From Akkermansia sp. (GTDB lineage Bacteria > Verrucomicrobiota > Verrucomicrobiia > Verrucomicrobiales > Akkermansiaceae), in the NCBI GenBank assembly GCA_017517385.1, contig JAFWZG010000039.1, forward strand, positions 6,153 to 70,152: a stretch of DNA of 64,000 nucleotides. The letters run 5' to 3'. A program made the position numbers and the translations under genes. Under the pieces are notes generated by a model. That model saw only the letters and a list, made by a program, of their open reading frames with translations, did not search any database and had not been told where the DNA came from. This document shows, piece by piece, positions 10,354 to 20,706 of this stretch; the first letter of the stretch is position 1, and each line of letters opens with the position of its first letter.

Positions 10354-10442
10354 CGCAGCGCCCCACTGCGGCGATGTGAATGAAAGATTGAAATACACCG
10401 CGTACCGGTATAATCATACTCCCGGAATCCCCCATTAACAGC

Positions 10443-10964
10443 ATGAAGACAATCCCTACTTTAATCAATAGGCAATACTGCCTGAGCGCCACCACGGCCT
10501 GCACTATTACGAGCGACAGCGGTATCACACTCTGCTCCGCGCAGCCGGGAGAGCAGAAGATTTTTACCGCCATCGGAAATCATGTAGAAGTCAGCGATAA
10601 CCACGCCGTCGTATCCTTGCTCTTCGGCAAATTCTGCGACAATAGCGCGGCCCAACTTCCCCGCCCCTACCACAGTGGCACCATGCCCAGCACCCTACAA
10701 GCCGGGCATATATACGACCTCGGTCAACTTACGGAGAATACCGATTTCTCCGCTCTGAAACTCAATGAGACCGCAAACTGTCAAACGATTGAACTGTGGT
10801 TCAGTACCGGCAGCAGTGTACCGACTATCACCTGGCCGGCAAATGGCGTATGGGTAAACTCAGAAGAACCGATACTCTCCCTGTCAACCGCCTATCGCTT
10901 CGCGCTGCGCCGAGAACCTAACGGAAATCTAATCATTAACCTCGCTTATGAATATTCCATCTGA
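10443..10964 (+). CDS. Hypothetical protein, phage tail-associated-like
   Basis: C-terminal 'ELWF...VPTITWP..VW...P.L...YRFALR....IINLAYEY' resembles C-terminal domains of gut-phage tail proteins. Coupled (TGAC-ATG) to the next gene. Confidence 0.55.
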   Translation: MKTIPTLINRQYCLSATTACTITSDSGITLCSAQPGEQKIFTAIGNHVEVSDNHAVVSLLFGKFCDNSAAQLPRPYHSGTMPSTLQAGHIYDLGQLTENTDFSALKLNETANCQTIELWFSTGSSVPTITWPANGVWVNSEEPILSLSTAYRFALRREPNGNLIINLAYEYSI

Positions 10965-10965
10965 C

Positions 10966-12021
10966 ATGCAACCACACGGAAACAGCATAAACTCACTCCC
11001 GACGGAGTATATTCCGTGCTCGTTTCTTAATTTCAATGCAAATTCCGTTTTCGACACCAACTACACGACAACCCCGGATACTGGTTTCTCTTTTGACATA
11101 TACGTTAAAAAGGATGATACATTCCGAGTTCTGGCCGGTAGTTACGACAGGGATAAGCCTCTCCAGTATATTTATGTTTTTTTTACTTATACCGGAAAAG
11201 TCGGTCTTTCTATCGATGCTCCATATTATCCCCTTCGAGATGGCGGATATGCCAATTCCGCCGCCGATGCATCTGGGCTTAATTCCTATACAGCCGAAGA
11301 CACAAGAATTCTCGGAATGCTTAACTGGAAGAATGATAATCACTTCATGTTTAATCTAGGCGGAGAAATTCTCCGGCGCAAACTGCCCTCCCGTTTTTCA
11401 CAGACAAGCTCTCAGCTAGCTATAGGAAACGGGATGAGTTTGCGCCCCATAGGACATGCTTTTGTTGGCAGGCTCTATCGTTTTGCCATATCTCAAGGCT
11501 CAAAGCTCGTGAGGGATTTCATACCAGTGCTTTCCGTGGCAGGAGATGTCTGTTTATACGACCGAAGCAGCAATAGCTCACCGCTCCTGAATACCACAGG
11601 CACTCAGCCCATCCCCGGATTCACCCTCACACAAGCTCGAAAACTTGCCCGGTTATCAGATGGTGGTGGTAATTTGACTATACAGCTGCCTGCCGGATGG
11701 GACGCCGCCCCAAACGTAATATTGTCTCTTGAAATAGCAAAAAGTAAGGGCTGGACCATTAGCGTGCAAACACTGCAAATAAACAACCGCGCGTCAACAT
11801 ACAGCCTCAGAAGAGGGCGGTCGGTGGTATGGTGTAGAAAAACAGCATGCCCTGACGGCCTTTATGTTGCTAACGACGGCTCTCGCTGCCAAATCGAGTG
11901 GTGCTCAGCAATATACTCACCTCATGGGAACAACCCGTTGATATTTGACTATGAGGCATTTGATTCCATAGAATCCGCCACTGAGTTCTGGCAACTACAA
12001 ACCTATGCCGAGACACGGTAG
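10966..12021 (+). CDS. Hypothetical protein, phage tail-fibre-like with concanavalin/LamG-like beta domain
   Basis: LPTEYIPCSFL..N...FDT N-terminus and GRLYRFAI...LVRDFIPV....VCLYD motif. Start placed at ATG 10966; the ORF track uses 10948. Confidence 0.6.
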   Translation: MQPHGNSINSLPTEYIPCSFLNFNANSVFDTNYTTTPDTGFSFDIYVKKDDTFRVLAGSYDRDKPLQYIYVFFTYTGKVGLSIDAPYYPLRDGGYANSAADASGLNSYTAEDTRILGMLNWKNDNHFMFNLGGEILRRKLPSRFSQTSSQLAIGNGMSLRPIGHAFVGRLYRFAISQGSKLVRDFIPVLSVAGDVCLYDRSSNSSPLLNTTGTQPIPGFTLTQARKLARLSDGGGNLTIQLPAGWDAAPNVILSLEIAKSKGWTISVQTLQINNRASTYSLRRGRSVVWCRKTACPDGLYVANDGSRCQIEWCSAIYSPHGNNPLIFDYEAFDSIESATEFWQLQTYAETR

Positions 12022-12152
12022 TTCTACTTACGGCATAGGTGTCTCCTCTCTATCTACGCCGGACGCATGGATTGTTTTACCTGCGTCTGGCACCAACTCT
12101 ATTGCCAAAGAACTACTTTCAGGTTCTCGGGTAAAGAGATTTCACAATGAGG

Positions 12153-13229
12153 TCACCGTCTTTTCAATTTACCAGCAATATATTTGGCATTTACATAAGA
12201 ATAAGCCAACATTGTTGCTAGACCTGCGTAACCGGCGGCTATCAGCCGCAACACATATCGCAAAACTTTACCATTCTGTCGAGGAATACCGTCACGTTCC
12301 TTATCTACTATCGGCTTTATCTGTTTTGCAGTAAAGGCCGCAATCTCCGATACCGAGACCACAGATTTATTCGCTTTATTTAAGTGACGGTACAGAATAC
12401 GGGTCACCATTCTATCCAATATGTAATTACTTGCAAACTCGCGAACACAATCCACCCCACTATTGTCGGACAACGCAATGAGGGCATTGTAATTCTGCAG
12501 CTGATTATGCAAAAAATCTTCGGGGGAACGCAGCTTTGTACCTAAGCCGGTGGCTCGCAAATCACTAGGCCAAATCATGACATAGTAAAAGGAATAATTT
12601 ATAAAGGTCAGAGACCTAGCGTACTTCAAGTATTCACAGACAAAAATTTGGTCTTCACCCAAAGAAACGGTTGTACTGAAGCTGATGTTATTTTCGTGTA
12701 TTGTTTTTGCACGGAATACCTTATTTACAACGCTGAAGTAGTGATTAAATTGGGGAATGTATTTAGTGTAAATCCATTCTACAAGTTCCCGATTTCCTTC
12801 TAATCTCGTAATCTCAAGTTTATCTTCTGTCACGGCACTGATTTCATGCCTTTTCTCCGCAAACACACTATTGACCGGGTACATCAGCAAATCTGTACCG
12901 GCCGCCACAATAGACGCAATAACCTTTATTGCATCCGGACACAAGGTATCATCCGAATCAACAAACATTATATAATCACCTGTAGCCTTCGTAATCCCAA
13001 GATTTCTTGCAGTACTCACCCCACCGTTGGTTTTGGTATACACATGGAGTCGGGGCTCATTTTCAGCAATCTTTTGGCACACGGCAAGCGTTTTATCGCT
13101 GCTGCCGTCATCTACAACGATAAGCTCTACGTTGTCATAACCTGAGTTTAGAATACCCGCTATACAGGCACCTATGGTATTCTCCCTGTTAAATGCAGGA
13201 ACTATCACTGAAAACTTAGGGCCACTCAT
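12153..13229 (-). CDS. Glycosyltransferase family 2
   Basis: SVIVPAFN, VVDDGSSD, NGGVSTARNLG and FVDSDD motifs. Confidence 0.92.
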   Translation of the reverse strand: MSGPKFSVIVPAFNRENTIGACIAGILNSGYDNVELIVVDDGSSDKTLAVCQKIAENEPRLHVYTKTNGGVSTARNLGITKATGDYIMFVDSDDTLCPDAIKVIASIVAAGTDLLMYPVNSVFAEKRHEISAVTEDKLEITRLEGNRELVEWIYTKYIPQFNHYFSVVNKVFRAKTIHENNISFSTTVSLGEDQIFVCEYLKYARSLTFINYSFYYVMIWPSDLRATGLGTKLRSPEDFLHNQLQNYNALIALSDNSGVDCVREFASNYILDRMVTRILYRHLNKANKSVVSVSEIAAFTAKQIKPIVDKERDGIPRQNGKVLRYVLRLIAAGYAGLATMLAYSYVNAKYIAGKLKRR

Positions 13230-13259
13230 AGATTGTTCGAAAGTGATGAATATCTGAAG

Positions 13260-14498
13260 TTAGTGACTGCGCCCGAAAAATCTTCTCTTAATTCTTCGGA
13301 GAACATTGTACGCTTTATATAGCAAAGAACTTTTGCGCAGTCGGAACGGACCACATCTTTCATAAGCAAAAAGATTGTGGTAAATTTGGCAGAGCTTTTC
13401 ATCCCGGAGAGCTCTGAGTACTTGTTCACGATTAGGCGGCAAAGCTTCGGCATGTCTTATATAAGTAGGCCGTTGACCGTCAATGAGATTATCTAATACA
13501 TCTGCTACAAGAGTAACTGAGCCAGATGCAGAAAGCCGCTGCAGAAGAGCCTTACCTTTGGGCGAGTTTGCGAGAATGGAGCCAATTCCATCAGGGATGG
13601 GCCAATCCGGATGAAGTTTTTGTAAATCCCCCCAAAAATCCCCCAGAGTGATGTCGCCCACGCGAGGGAAACGGGCATGTGGGCAAGCGTAGCAAGCCTT
13701 GTTCAGCGCATAATCACCAACAAAAAGGCGAATAAACATATCTTGCCTATTGATATGGCCAAGGGAACTACCATCAGCAAAAATCTTTTTCACTTGATAT
13801 TGCTGCCAATTACCGGCTTTATCACGGAATTGAATACGCTCAAGTTCTTTACCCGTAGAAACCTCAAACTCACGAATATAGGCCTGCAGCAGACTGCGAC
13901 TTGGCACGCCATGGCACAGGATATCCACCAGCAATAATTTTTCGTAATCCTTTCGCAAATAACGCTTTAACGCATACACCTGACATGAAGTTCCGCAGAA
14001 AAGCACTTGGCGTCCCCGTTTCAATTCTTCTTTAACATCCCGATACACCATCCCCGGAACCGCTTGCGTGTACTTGGAACCACGCATAGCTGCCAATTCA
14101 GCCATATTTTCCGCCTTTGTATATCGGGCTATATCCTTACCGGACCAAACAACTCCGAATACGCAACCGCCGGCGGCGAAGATGTGTTCAGCCAAAGCGG
14201 AGAAAACACCTCCGCTGCTACTGTTTAAATGAATATCTTTATCCTTATGCCAACCACCATAAGCCTCAGGAGTTTCGGTAGCGGACGATTCCGCTCGAAG
14301 TTTTTCCAGATGAGCCGGCTGTGCCGGACAAGTTCTTACGCACGCGCCACAGTTGATGCACGCATTCACATTAACCTGAGGAACCAAAAAACCGTCGCCA
14401 CTCCACACCATGTTAATGGCATCGGTAGAGCATACATTGGCACAAAGAGCACAACCTGTGCATTCCTGCGGCGGAGTGATATATTTGGGGGAACTCAT
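13260..14498 (-). CDS. 4Fe-4S dicluster plus coenzyme F420 hydrogenase beta-subunit (FrhB)-like protein of polysaccharide loci
   Basis: CTGCALCANVC and CINCGACVRTCP ferredoxin motifs. SSSGGVFS, GSKYTQ, FCGTSCQ, LCHGVPS, CYAC and GDITLGDFWG motifs. Confidence 0.85.
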   Translation of the reverse strand: MSSPKYITPPQECTGCALCANVCSTDAINMVWSGDGFLVPQVNVNACINCGACVRTCPAQPAHLEKLRAESSATETPEAYGGWHKDKDIHLNSSSGGVFSALAEHIFAAGGCVFGVVWSGKDIARYTKAENMAELAAMRGSKYTQAVPGMVYRDVKEELKRGRQVLFCGTSCQVYALKRYLRKDYEKLLLVDILCHGVPSRSLLQAYIREFEVSTGKELERIQFRDKAGNWQQYQVKKIFADGSSLGHINRQDMFIRLFVGDYALNKACYACPHARFPRVGDITLGDFWGDLQKLHPDWPIPDGIGSILANSPKGKALLQRLSASGSVTLVADVLDNLIDGQRPTYIRHAEALPPNREQVLRALRDEKLCQIYHNLFAYERCGPFRLRKSSLLYKAYNVLRRIKRRFFGRSH

Positions 14499-14530
14499 GA
14501 AAAAATCTTATGTAAATGAGGAATAGACTA

Positions 14531-15979
14531 CTAACTTCGTTTTCTGGCTATTTTTTCTTTAGCATACGCAAGGAGATAGGCCGCAGCCCGATCACGTTTT
14601 ACCAAAAGAATACAACCGTAAATAAGAATCGACGTAGACAAGCCCAAGGCTAAACGACATATCGGCAACCAATCAAGTTTGTCAATGAAAAAGGATGGTA
14701 TATTTGCCACCAAAGCCATGACTAGGTATGGGAAAAAGTCAGCAGCGAGGTCGCGAATACGAATGGAACTAATGCGCGTAACCAGATAACAGGTTGCAGA
14801 AAAACTGATCCCCGCCGCAAAGATAGCAGAGAAGCAAAGAGCGCCAACACTATGAAAGGCACACAAAATCATCACAATGATGCTGATGGGACGAAGTATA
14901 ACTGCAATTTTCATGTGCAAATCAGATCTCCCCTGAACTGCGAAGAAATTCGTATTTAGGAGCGTCAAAGGGTTAAGCATCCAACCGAAACAGAGTATCC
15001 GGGCATATTCAGCCGCAGTTTCCCAGTTTTCACCGTATAAGAGAACAATAATAGCCGCAGAATTTGCCGCCAAGGTTATCATCCCCCATTCAATAACCAT
15101 GGACATGAGGCGCACGAATTGGCGAAAAACCTGAGCCAAACGCTCCTGATCATGTTGCAACGTGGCTAAAACGGGAAGAGTAATCGGGGTTAATATGCTT
15201 GTTGCTAATTGAAGCGGCGAGCTACAAGTATGCTGACCTCTAGTGAAATAAGCCAGCTGAGCCGGAGAATAAAACTTACCTATGATAAAAGTTCGGGCTT
15301 CCAAGTAAAATTGGGTGATTATACCCGAAATAGCCAGATTGAGACCAAAGCGGAAAAACTCCCGGAAGGAGGCGGTTGAGAAACAACATTTGGGCTTCCA
15401 AGGTGAAATAACCCAGATGGTTATGAGAGTCAGTACACCTGTAATGATTCCTTGAAGCATGGGCGCCCAGTAACTCCACCCCGAAAAAGCTGCCCAAATA
15501 GTGAACGGCATAGCAACAAGTGTGGTACACATGGAGACAAGGGCAGGCGTTTTAAAATCGCGACGAGCCTGATAAAGTGTCATGTGAACACTTGTAGTAG
15601 AATTTAAAAACATCAGCAGCGCCGATACGCGAGTCAAATTGACAAGAGCCGGCTGATTAAAGAAAGCGGCAAACAAAGGAGCTGACAGAAAGAGAATGAA
15701 CGATAGAACAAAGCTCATCCCCACATTGAACCAGAAAACGGTACAAATATCCTCGTGAGTGCGGTTCTGCTTACGTATGAGCGCTGTACCAAACCCACAC
15801 TCCTGAAGCTGGCCGGCCAAAGCAAAGAAGATAGCAGTAAGCCCCAAAATACCCATTTCATCAGGTGAGATGAGACGAGCAAGAATGATACCGTATAGGA
15901 ACTGCAGGGGCTGCATGGTGAGCTTCTGGATAAGCCCCCATTTAATGCCCCTAGCGGTTTCTTCTTTAACGTTAGCCAT
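14531..15979 (-). CDS. wzx: Wzx-type polysaccharide flippase
   Basis: About 12-14 TM segments. ILARLISPDEMG, ALIRK and IIGKFYSPAQLAYF motifs of the WzxC-like family. Confidence 0.88.
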   Translation of the reverse strand: MANVKEETARGIKWGLIQKLTMQPLQFLYGIILARLISPDEMGILGLTAIFFALAGQLQECGFGTALIRKQNRTHEDICTVFWFNVGMSFVLSFILFLSAPLFAAFFNQPALVNLTRVSALLMFLNSTTSVHMTLYQARRDFKTPALVSMCTTLVAMPFTIWAAFSGWSYWAPMLQGIITGVLTLITIWVISPWKPKCCFSTASFREFFRFGLNLAISGIITQFYLEARTFIIGKFYSPAQLAYFTRGQHTCSSPLQLATSILTPITLPVLATLQHDQERLAQVFRQFVRLMSMVIEWGMITLAANSAAIIVLLYGENWETAAEYARILCFGWMLNPLTLLNTNFFAVQGRSDLHMKIAVILRPISIIVMILCAFHSVGALCFSAIFAAGISFSATCYLVTRISSIRIRDLAADFFPYLVMALVANIPSFFIDKLDWLPICRLALGLSTSILIYGCILLVKRDRAAAYLLAYAKEKIARKRS

Positions 15980-15982
15980 GAA

Positions 15983-17116
15983 TCAGCCCTTTTTAAGATT
16001 GTTTTTTAAGAAATCAAAGGCGCGCTCCTGTTCAGCCTTGCGGATAGAGTTAACTTTTTCCCAATCAATAGGACTGCGCATAAAATGCAACAACTGTTCC
16101 GGGGGCGGATTTGTAATCAGCCTCTCCTGCAAACCAAAGGTTCCCAGCAGGGAATCAAAACGGGCAGTGCCACGATTCTCATTCCCTAGGCAAATAAACG
16201 GCTTGTTGTATATGATGCAAAATACACAACCATGGAAAGAGTCGGTCAACACACACTCCGCATCTCGAATGTAACGCAGCCATTGCGGCACGGACATAGG
16301 TAGTCTATCCATGAGTTTTTCAGCGCCGGGCTGGTACATGAGATGCTGAGTGTAAAGCCCTGTTGCTTTACTGAGAGCTTCTGTAAGAGCTTGCTTTTCT
16401 CCACTCTTATCCAGTAGATAGGTTGCGATAAAAGGACTCTTCAGAGTATGCGTTTTCGACTGAGTTATGAGGTTATTATAATCTTCCTGCTCCAGCAACA
16501 AAGTAGGGTCCGGCATTTGCACCGCATCAACTCCAAACACATCACGGCACAAGCGGACGCCGCTGTGCTCCCGCACGGAAACAGCCTTAAATTCCTGAAC
16601 GAGCCGCTTACATTCTTCCGTTTCCTCTGGGGTGCCTTCCCATTCATCAGAGCCAAAAGATGCAGCATAAGCGATGCTTTGCCGACGTTGTTGCGGTGAC
16701 GCAAAATTAAGGAAGAAAAAAGGAGCTGATTCTATGCACCGACCATACGAAGCTCGCCATACTTGGTCACTGCCTACAATAAAAGCGTGCTCATCAGAAA
16801 TCTGCTGAAGCTGTTTGCGCTGAAAACCTACATGCAGAAGCTTCATAAACCGACGTTTGAATCTTCTGCTAACAAACGGGAAGAAAAGTAGAGGGAAGGA
16901 CTTGTGGCGTGCAAAAAGGATAATCAGAACCAACTGCTTAATACTGCGCACTATGTGACCGAGGTTGAATAAATCAACATGGCTACGCCAGCTCTGAGAA
17001 AGAAACGAAATAACTCGTGATTGGATCCCTAGGCGACAAAGAGCCTTCTGCAGAGCAAATGCCTGAAGAATGCCACCGAAATTACTGACAATCGGATGCG
17101 GTAAAATATGGTACAT
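15983..17116 (-). CDS. Polysaccharide pyruvyl transferase family protein (paralogue 2)
   Basis: NFGGILQAFAL, IVGSDQVW, YAASFG, VSVRE, PDPTLLL and TDSFHG motifs. Confidence 0.88.
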   Translation of the reverse strand: MYHILPHPIVSNFGGILQAFALQKALCRLGIQSRVISFLSQSWRSHVDLFNLGHIVRSIKQLVLIILFARHKSFPLLFFPFVSRRFKRRFMKLLHVGFQRKQLQQISDEHAFIVGSDQVWRASYGRCIESAPFFFLNFASPQQRRQSIAYAASFGSDEWEGTPEETEECKRLVQEFKAVSVREHSGVRLCRDVFGVDAVQMPDPTLLLEQEDYNNLITQSKTHTLKSPFIATYLLDKSGEKQALTEALSKATGLYTQHLMYQPGAEKLMDRLPMSVPQWLRYIRDAECVLTDSFHGCVFCIIYNKPFICLGNENRGTARFDSLLGTFGLQERLITNPPPEQLLHFMRSPIDWEKVNSIRKAEQERAFDFLKNNLKKG

Positions 17117-17250
17117 GTTTGAAATACTGTGATTGGCGAAGCGTGGAAGGTATTGTTTCCTGATTATCCATTATGTTTCACTCAAAATCGATGAGCTGGA
17201 TTCTTTAGTATGCTTATCCTTGACTAAGAAAGAAATAACATTATATCTGT

Positions 17251-18336
17251 TTATTTATATCGAAATATTTTTTTGATTTTCGCATATACGAATTTGAGAT
17301 TTGAGAAGAAGAATGCATAGGTAATGGCCAATCGCGTATGCCCTGATGTAATAAGTTGAAGGATTCGACGTATATGTTTATTTTTTTGTGCAGATATACC
17401 GGTTTTCTCAGCATCAAGAACAGGCTTAATCTTATTTTCAGTAAATGAGATTAACTCCGATATAGAAGCCCTAATTTTATTATTAAAACACAAATGTCTG
17501 ATGAGAATCCGGGAAACCGGACGGTCTAAGATGTAATCTCTGGCATATTGGTGAACACATTCCAGACCGCAATGTTGATACAACCCCATAAGGGCTCGGT
17601 AGTTCTGTAGCTGATTGTGCAGAAAATCTTCTGGTGAACGTAACTTCAACCCTAGGCCATAGGGTCTCAAATGATGCTCCCATAATAAAATATAGCTTAA
17701 GGGGTGATGAATGGCGACCAAAGACTGGACGCATTTCAGATATTCGCAAACGAAAATCTGGTCTTCGCCCAATGAAACATCTGTATGGAATCTGATATTC
17801 TTGTTTCGCAGTATTCTTGTATTAAATACTTTATCAATAACGCTAAAGTAACTATGCTTTGTAATATAGACCGTATAAATCCAATTTATAAGCTGCTGAT
17901 TACCGATGATTTTCGACGAGTCAATCTCAGATATATCAGGCACATGAATTTCGGGCACTTTTTCGGCTAAAGTTTCCACATGGGGATACATCAGCATATC
18001 CACACCGATTGCAGTATATGCCGTGATTATTTTTAAAGCATTGGGACACAATGTGTCATCAGAATCTACAAACGTTAAATATTCACCCGTAGCTTTCTGT
18101 ATACCTAAATTTCTGGCGGCACTTACTCCTGCATTTTGTTGAGAAAAAACATGAATTCTAGAGTTTTTTTCTGCTAATTTCTGGCAATTTTGGAGTGAGT
18201 TATCAGTACTGCCATCATCGACAATAATAATTTCATATGACTCAAAATCCGTATTACAGATACCCGCAATACATGTGGCAATAGTATTTTCCCTGTTGAA
18301 AACGGGTACAATAACTGAAATTTTAGGAGCTTGCAT
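17251..18336 (-). CDS. Glycosyltransferase family 2 (paralogue of 12153-13229)
   Basis: GT2 motifs. Shares SLGEDQIFVCEYLK and KLRSPEDFLHNQLQNY with the other copy. Confidence 0.92.
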   Translation of the reverse strand: MQAPKISVIVPVFNRENTIATCIAGICNTDFESYEIIIVDDGSTDNSLQNCQKLAEKNSRIHVFSQQNAGVSAARNLGIQKATGEYLTFVDSDDTLCPNALKIITAYTAIGVDMLMYPHVETLAEKVPEIHVPDISEIDSSKIIGNQQLINWIYTVYITKHSYFSVIDKVFNTRILRNKNIRFHTDVSLGEDQIFVCEYLKCVQSLVAIHHPLSYILLWEHHLRPYGLGLKLRSPEDFLHNQLQNYRALMGLYQHCGLECVHQYARDYILDRPVSRILIRHLCFNNKIRASISELISFTENKIKPVLDAEKTGISAQKNKHIRRILQLITSGHTRLAITYAFFFSNLKFVYAKIKKIFRYK

Positions 18337-18354
18337 AGTACAATGCGTAACTTA

Positions 18355-19473
18355 TCAACGTTCTAGTTTTTCCTTCAAGAATAAGGTAGCCCTCAGCTGC
18401 TCAGCCTTACGAATATGGTTGACATTTTCCCAATCGATAGGTGTATTCAAGATTTGAAGAATAGTATCAGGCTCGAGCTTGGTTACCAGCCTGTCCTGCA
18501 AACCAAAGGTACCCAGCAGGGAATCAAAGCGAGCTGAACCGCGTTTTTCATTACCCAAACAAACGAAGGGCTTGTTGAAGATGATGGCAAAGGCACAGCC
18601 ATGGAAGGAATCTGTAATGAAATAATCACAATTGCGAACGAGATGCAACCATTGAGAAACAGTTGGCAGAATTCGGTCACGTAATTTTTTTGCACAGGAG
18701 TGAGACAGAAGATGCTGAGGCTCGAGCTTCAGTACCTGCGCGCATCTCATTAGAATGTCGTTTAGCTGGGGAGAGTCATCCAATACATAGATGGATAACC
18801 AGGGCTTTTTGGGAGACCAAGTGAAACGCTTGCGAATTATTTTTTCATATTCCTGCGCATCCAGAAGCAATGTAGGGTCTGGCATTTGGCATACCTCACG
18901 CCCGAATACGTTGCGGCATATATCTATGCTGCTGTGCTCTCGGACTGAAACAGCTTTTAAATCCATCATCAATTGCTTGCATGTTGCTGTTTCTTCGGGA
19001 GTTCCTTCCCACACATCTGTACCCATTGATGCGGCGTAGGCAATACTATTGCGGCGTTGTTCAAGTGTTGCAAAATCCAGAAAGTAAAACTCCGGACTCT
19101 TCATATTGCGGCAATAAGATGCACGCCACACCTGATCACTTCCAATCCAATATCTGACATTTTTGTCTTGAGTAGCAGGTGATACAGCTTTATGCATGCG
19201 CAACCCTTTAGTGAATTGTTTTGCTACTGAAAGTTTACGCCACATATTGTGCCACATTGAAGTCCCATATCCATAACGCCCCAAAATATACTTTATATAC
19301 ATTTTGAGGTAAAGCATGCGTGAACGAAAGTCAAGAGGAAGATCTTTCGAAGCATACTTGTAGATATACGGAGAAAACCCCATGGATTCAAGGGTCTTAT
19401 AGCTGGCATACGCTTGTAGTAAGCCACCATAATTCCCTGTAAGAGGGTGCGTTAGTATGTAAACTTTTTTCAT
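18355..19473 (-). CDS. Polysaccharide pyruvyl transferase family protein (paralogue 1)
   Basis: NYGGLLQAYA, GSDQVW, YAASMG, VSVRE, PDPTLLL and TDSFHG motifs. Confidence 0.88.
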   Translation of the reverse strand: MKKVYILTHPLTGNYGGLLQAYASYKTLESMGFSPYIYKYASKDLPLDFRSRMLYLKMYIKYILGRYGYGTSMWHNMWRKLSVAKQFTKGLRMHKAVSPATQDKNVRYWIGSDQVWRASYCRNMKSPEFYFLDFATLEQRRNSIAYAASMGTDVWEGTPEETATCKQLMMDLKAVSVREHSSIDICRNVFGREVCQMPDPTLLLDAQEYEKIIRKRFTWSPKKPWLSIYVLDDSPQLNDILMRCAQVLKLEPQHLLSHSCAKKLRDRILPTVSQWLHLVRNCDYFITDSFHGCAFAIIFNKPFVCLGNEKRGSARFDSLLGTFGLQDRLVTKLEPDTILQILNTPIDWENVNHIRKAEQLRATLFLKEKLER

Positions 19474-20639
19474 TTATTTGAGGAAAGTTTTTCTATTAAT
19501 GATTCCCAATTCGGGGCTATTTTCTCAATATCGAAGGTGGCCAGATGTGCTGCGACCTCTTCCATATGCTCCCGGTTACTTGTATTGGTTTGTATCGCTT
19601 TTGACATAGCTTTTGCCAATGCCTTAGTACTGTGTTTGATTCGCGTACCAAGCCGGGAGTTCGGTATGACAACCGGGGCCGAGGGGTAATCGAATACAAT
19701 AGGATGGCAACCATAAGCCATGCTTTCCAGCACAACGCAGGAGAATGATTCGTGCTTGGACGGCAAGACGAGGTATTCTGCACGATTGTAGAGAGCACCT
19801 ACGTTTTCCACATGCCCATGGAATTGAACTCGGGGAATCTTCAGTTCCACTACCAGTTGGAGTAGGTTATCCAGCATGTTTCCACTGCCGGCAATTTCCA
19901 GTTTCCATTCCGGGTAACGGGACGCGATTTTTGCCCAGGCCTTAAGCAAGAGGTCTACATTTTTTTCTTGTGACAATCGCCCCACGAATAAAATCATTTT
20001 TTCCTTTGATGCTGCATCATATGTAGAAACGATGTTTTCAAAAGGAAGCGGGTTGAGAATGGGGACAATTTTTTCCGAATGTATACCTGTTAATCGTTTC
20101 AGCTGCTTGGCAATGATTGGGGTAACAACTACTACCGCATCAGACACTCGGAGCATTTTCCGATATCTTGAACGGAACTCGAGTAACCGTTTGACTCGGT
20201 ACAAATTGATACCTAGACGATTCAAGAAATCAATTATGAAGCGTTTGACGGGATTGCTAGGGCGTCCGTTAGAATGTGACTTTATTGCGCCAAATACATC
20301 ATAATGAAGACAAGTAATAATCTTGATTCCGGGTAGTACGTTTTTCGAGAAGATGGAAAAATTGTCCCACGTTCCCCATTCGTTGATGAGGATGTCGATT
20401 TGAAGGCTCTGACAGAGATTGTAAATGATTTTTTTTCGACCTTCTACATCAAGTTCGGGATTGAGAAAAAAGTGATTGGAAGATTGAAGTTGTTTTATGT
20501 CGTCTGAGGCTGCATCTGTTGCCAGATAATAGATATTATGCCCCTTTTCCTGTAGACTGCTTGCCACGCAGTGCGTTACACGTTCAGTGCCACCTCTCGA
20601 GGGGATAATTGCCGTAAGATAAACAAAAAGAATATTCAT
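19470..20639 (-). CDS. Glycosyltransferase family 4
   Basis: GGTERV, FVGRLSQEKN and ESFSCVVLESMAYG (EX7E) motifs. 4-bp overlap with the downstream gene. Confidence 0.9.
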   Translation of the reverse strand: MNILFVYLTAIIPSRGGTERVTHCVASSLQEKGHNIYYLATDAASDDIKQLQSSNHFFLNPELDVEGRKKIIYNLCQSLQIDILINEWGTWDNFSIFSKNVLPGIKIITCLHYDVFGAIKSHSNGRPSNPVKRFIIDFLNRLGINLYRVKRLLEFRSRYRKMLRVSDAVVVVTPIIAKQLKRLTGIHSEKIVPILNPLPFENIVSTYDAASKEKMILFVGRLSQEKNVDLLLKAWAKIASRYPEWKLEIAGSGNMLDNLLQLVVELKIPRVQFHGHVENVGALYNRAEYLVLPSKHESFSCVVLESMAYGCHPIVFDYPSAPVVIPNSRLGTRIKHSTKALAKAMSKAIQTNTSNREHMEEVAAHLATFDIEKIAPNWESLIEKLSSNK

Positions 20640-20706
20640 AATATCAGTCAGCCTGCCAACAAATTACGTTGTGGTATTGCGTACTCTACGGTTATGTCGT
20701 TTTCTA

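Noticed and set aside
10443-12021. Calling this an intact prophage
   Set aside because: No integrase, head, packaging or lysis genes, and no att repeats.
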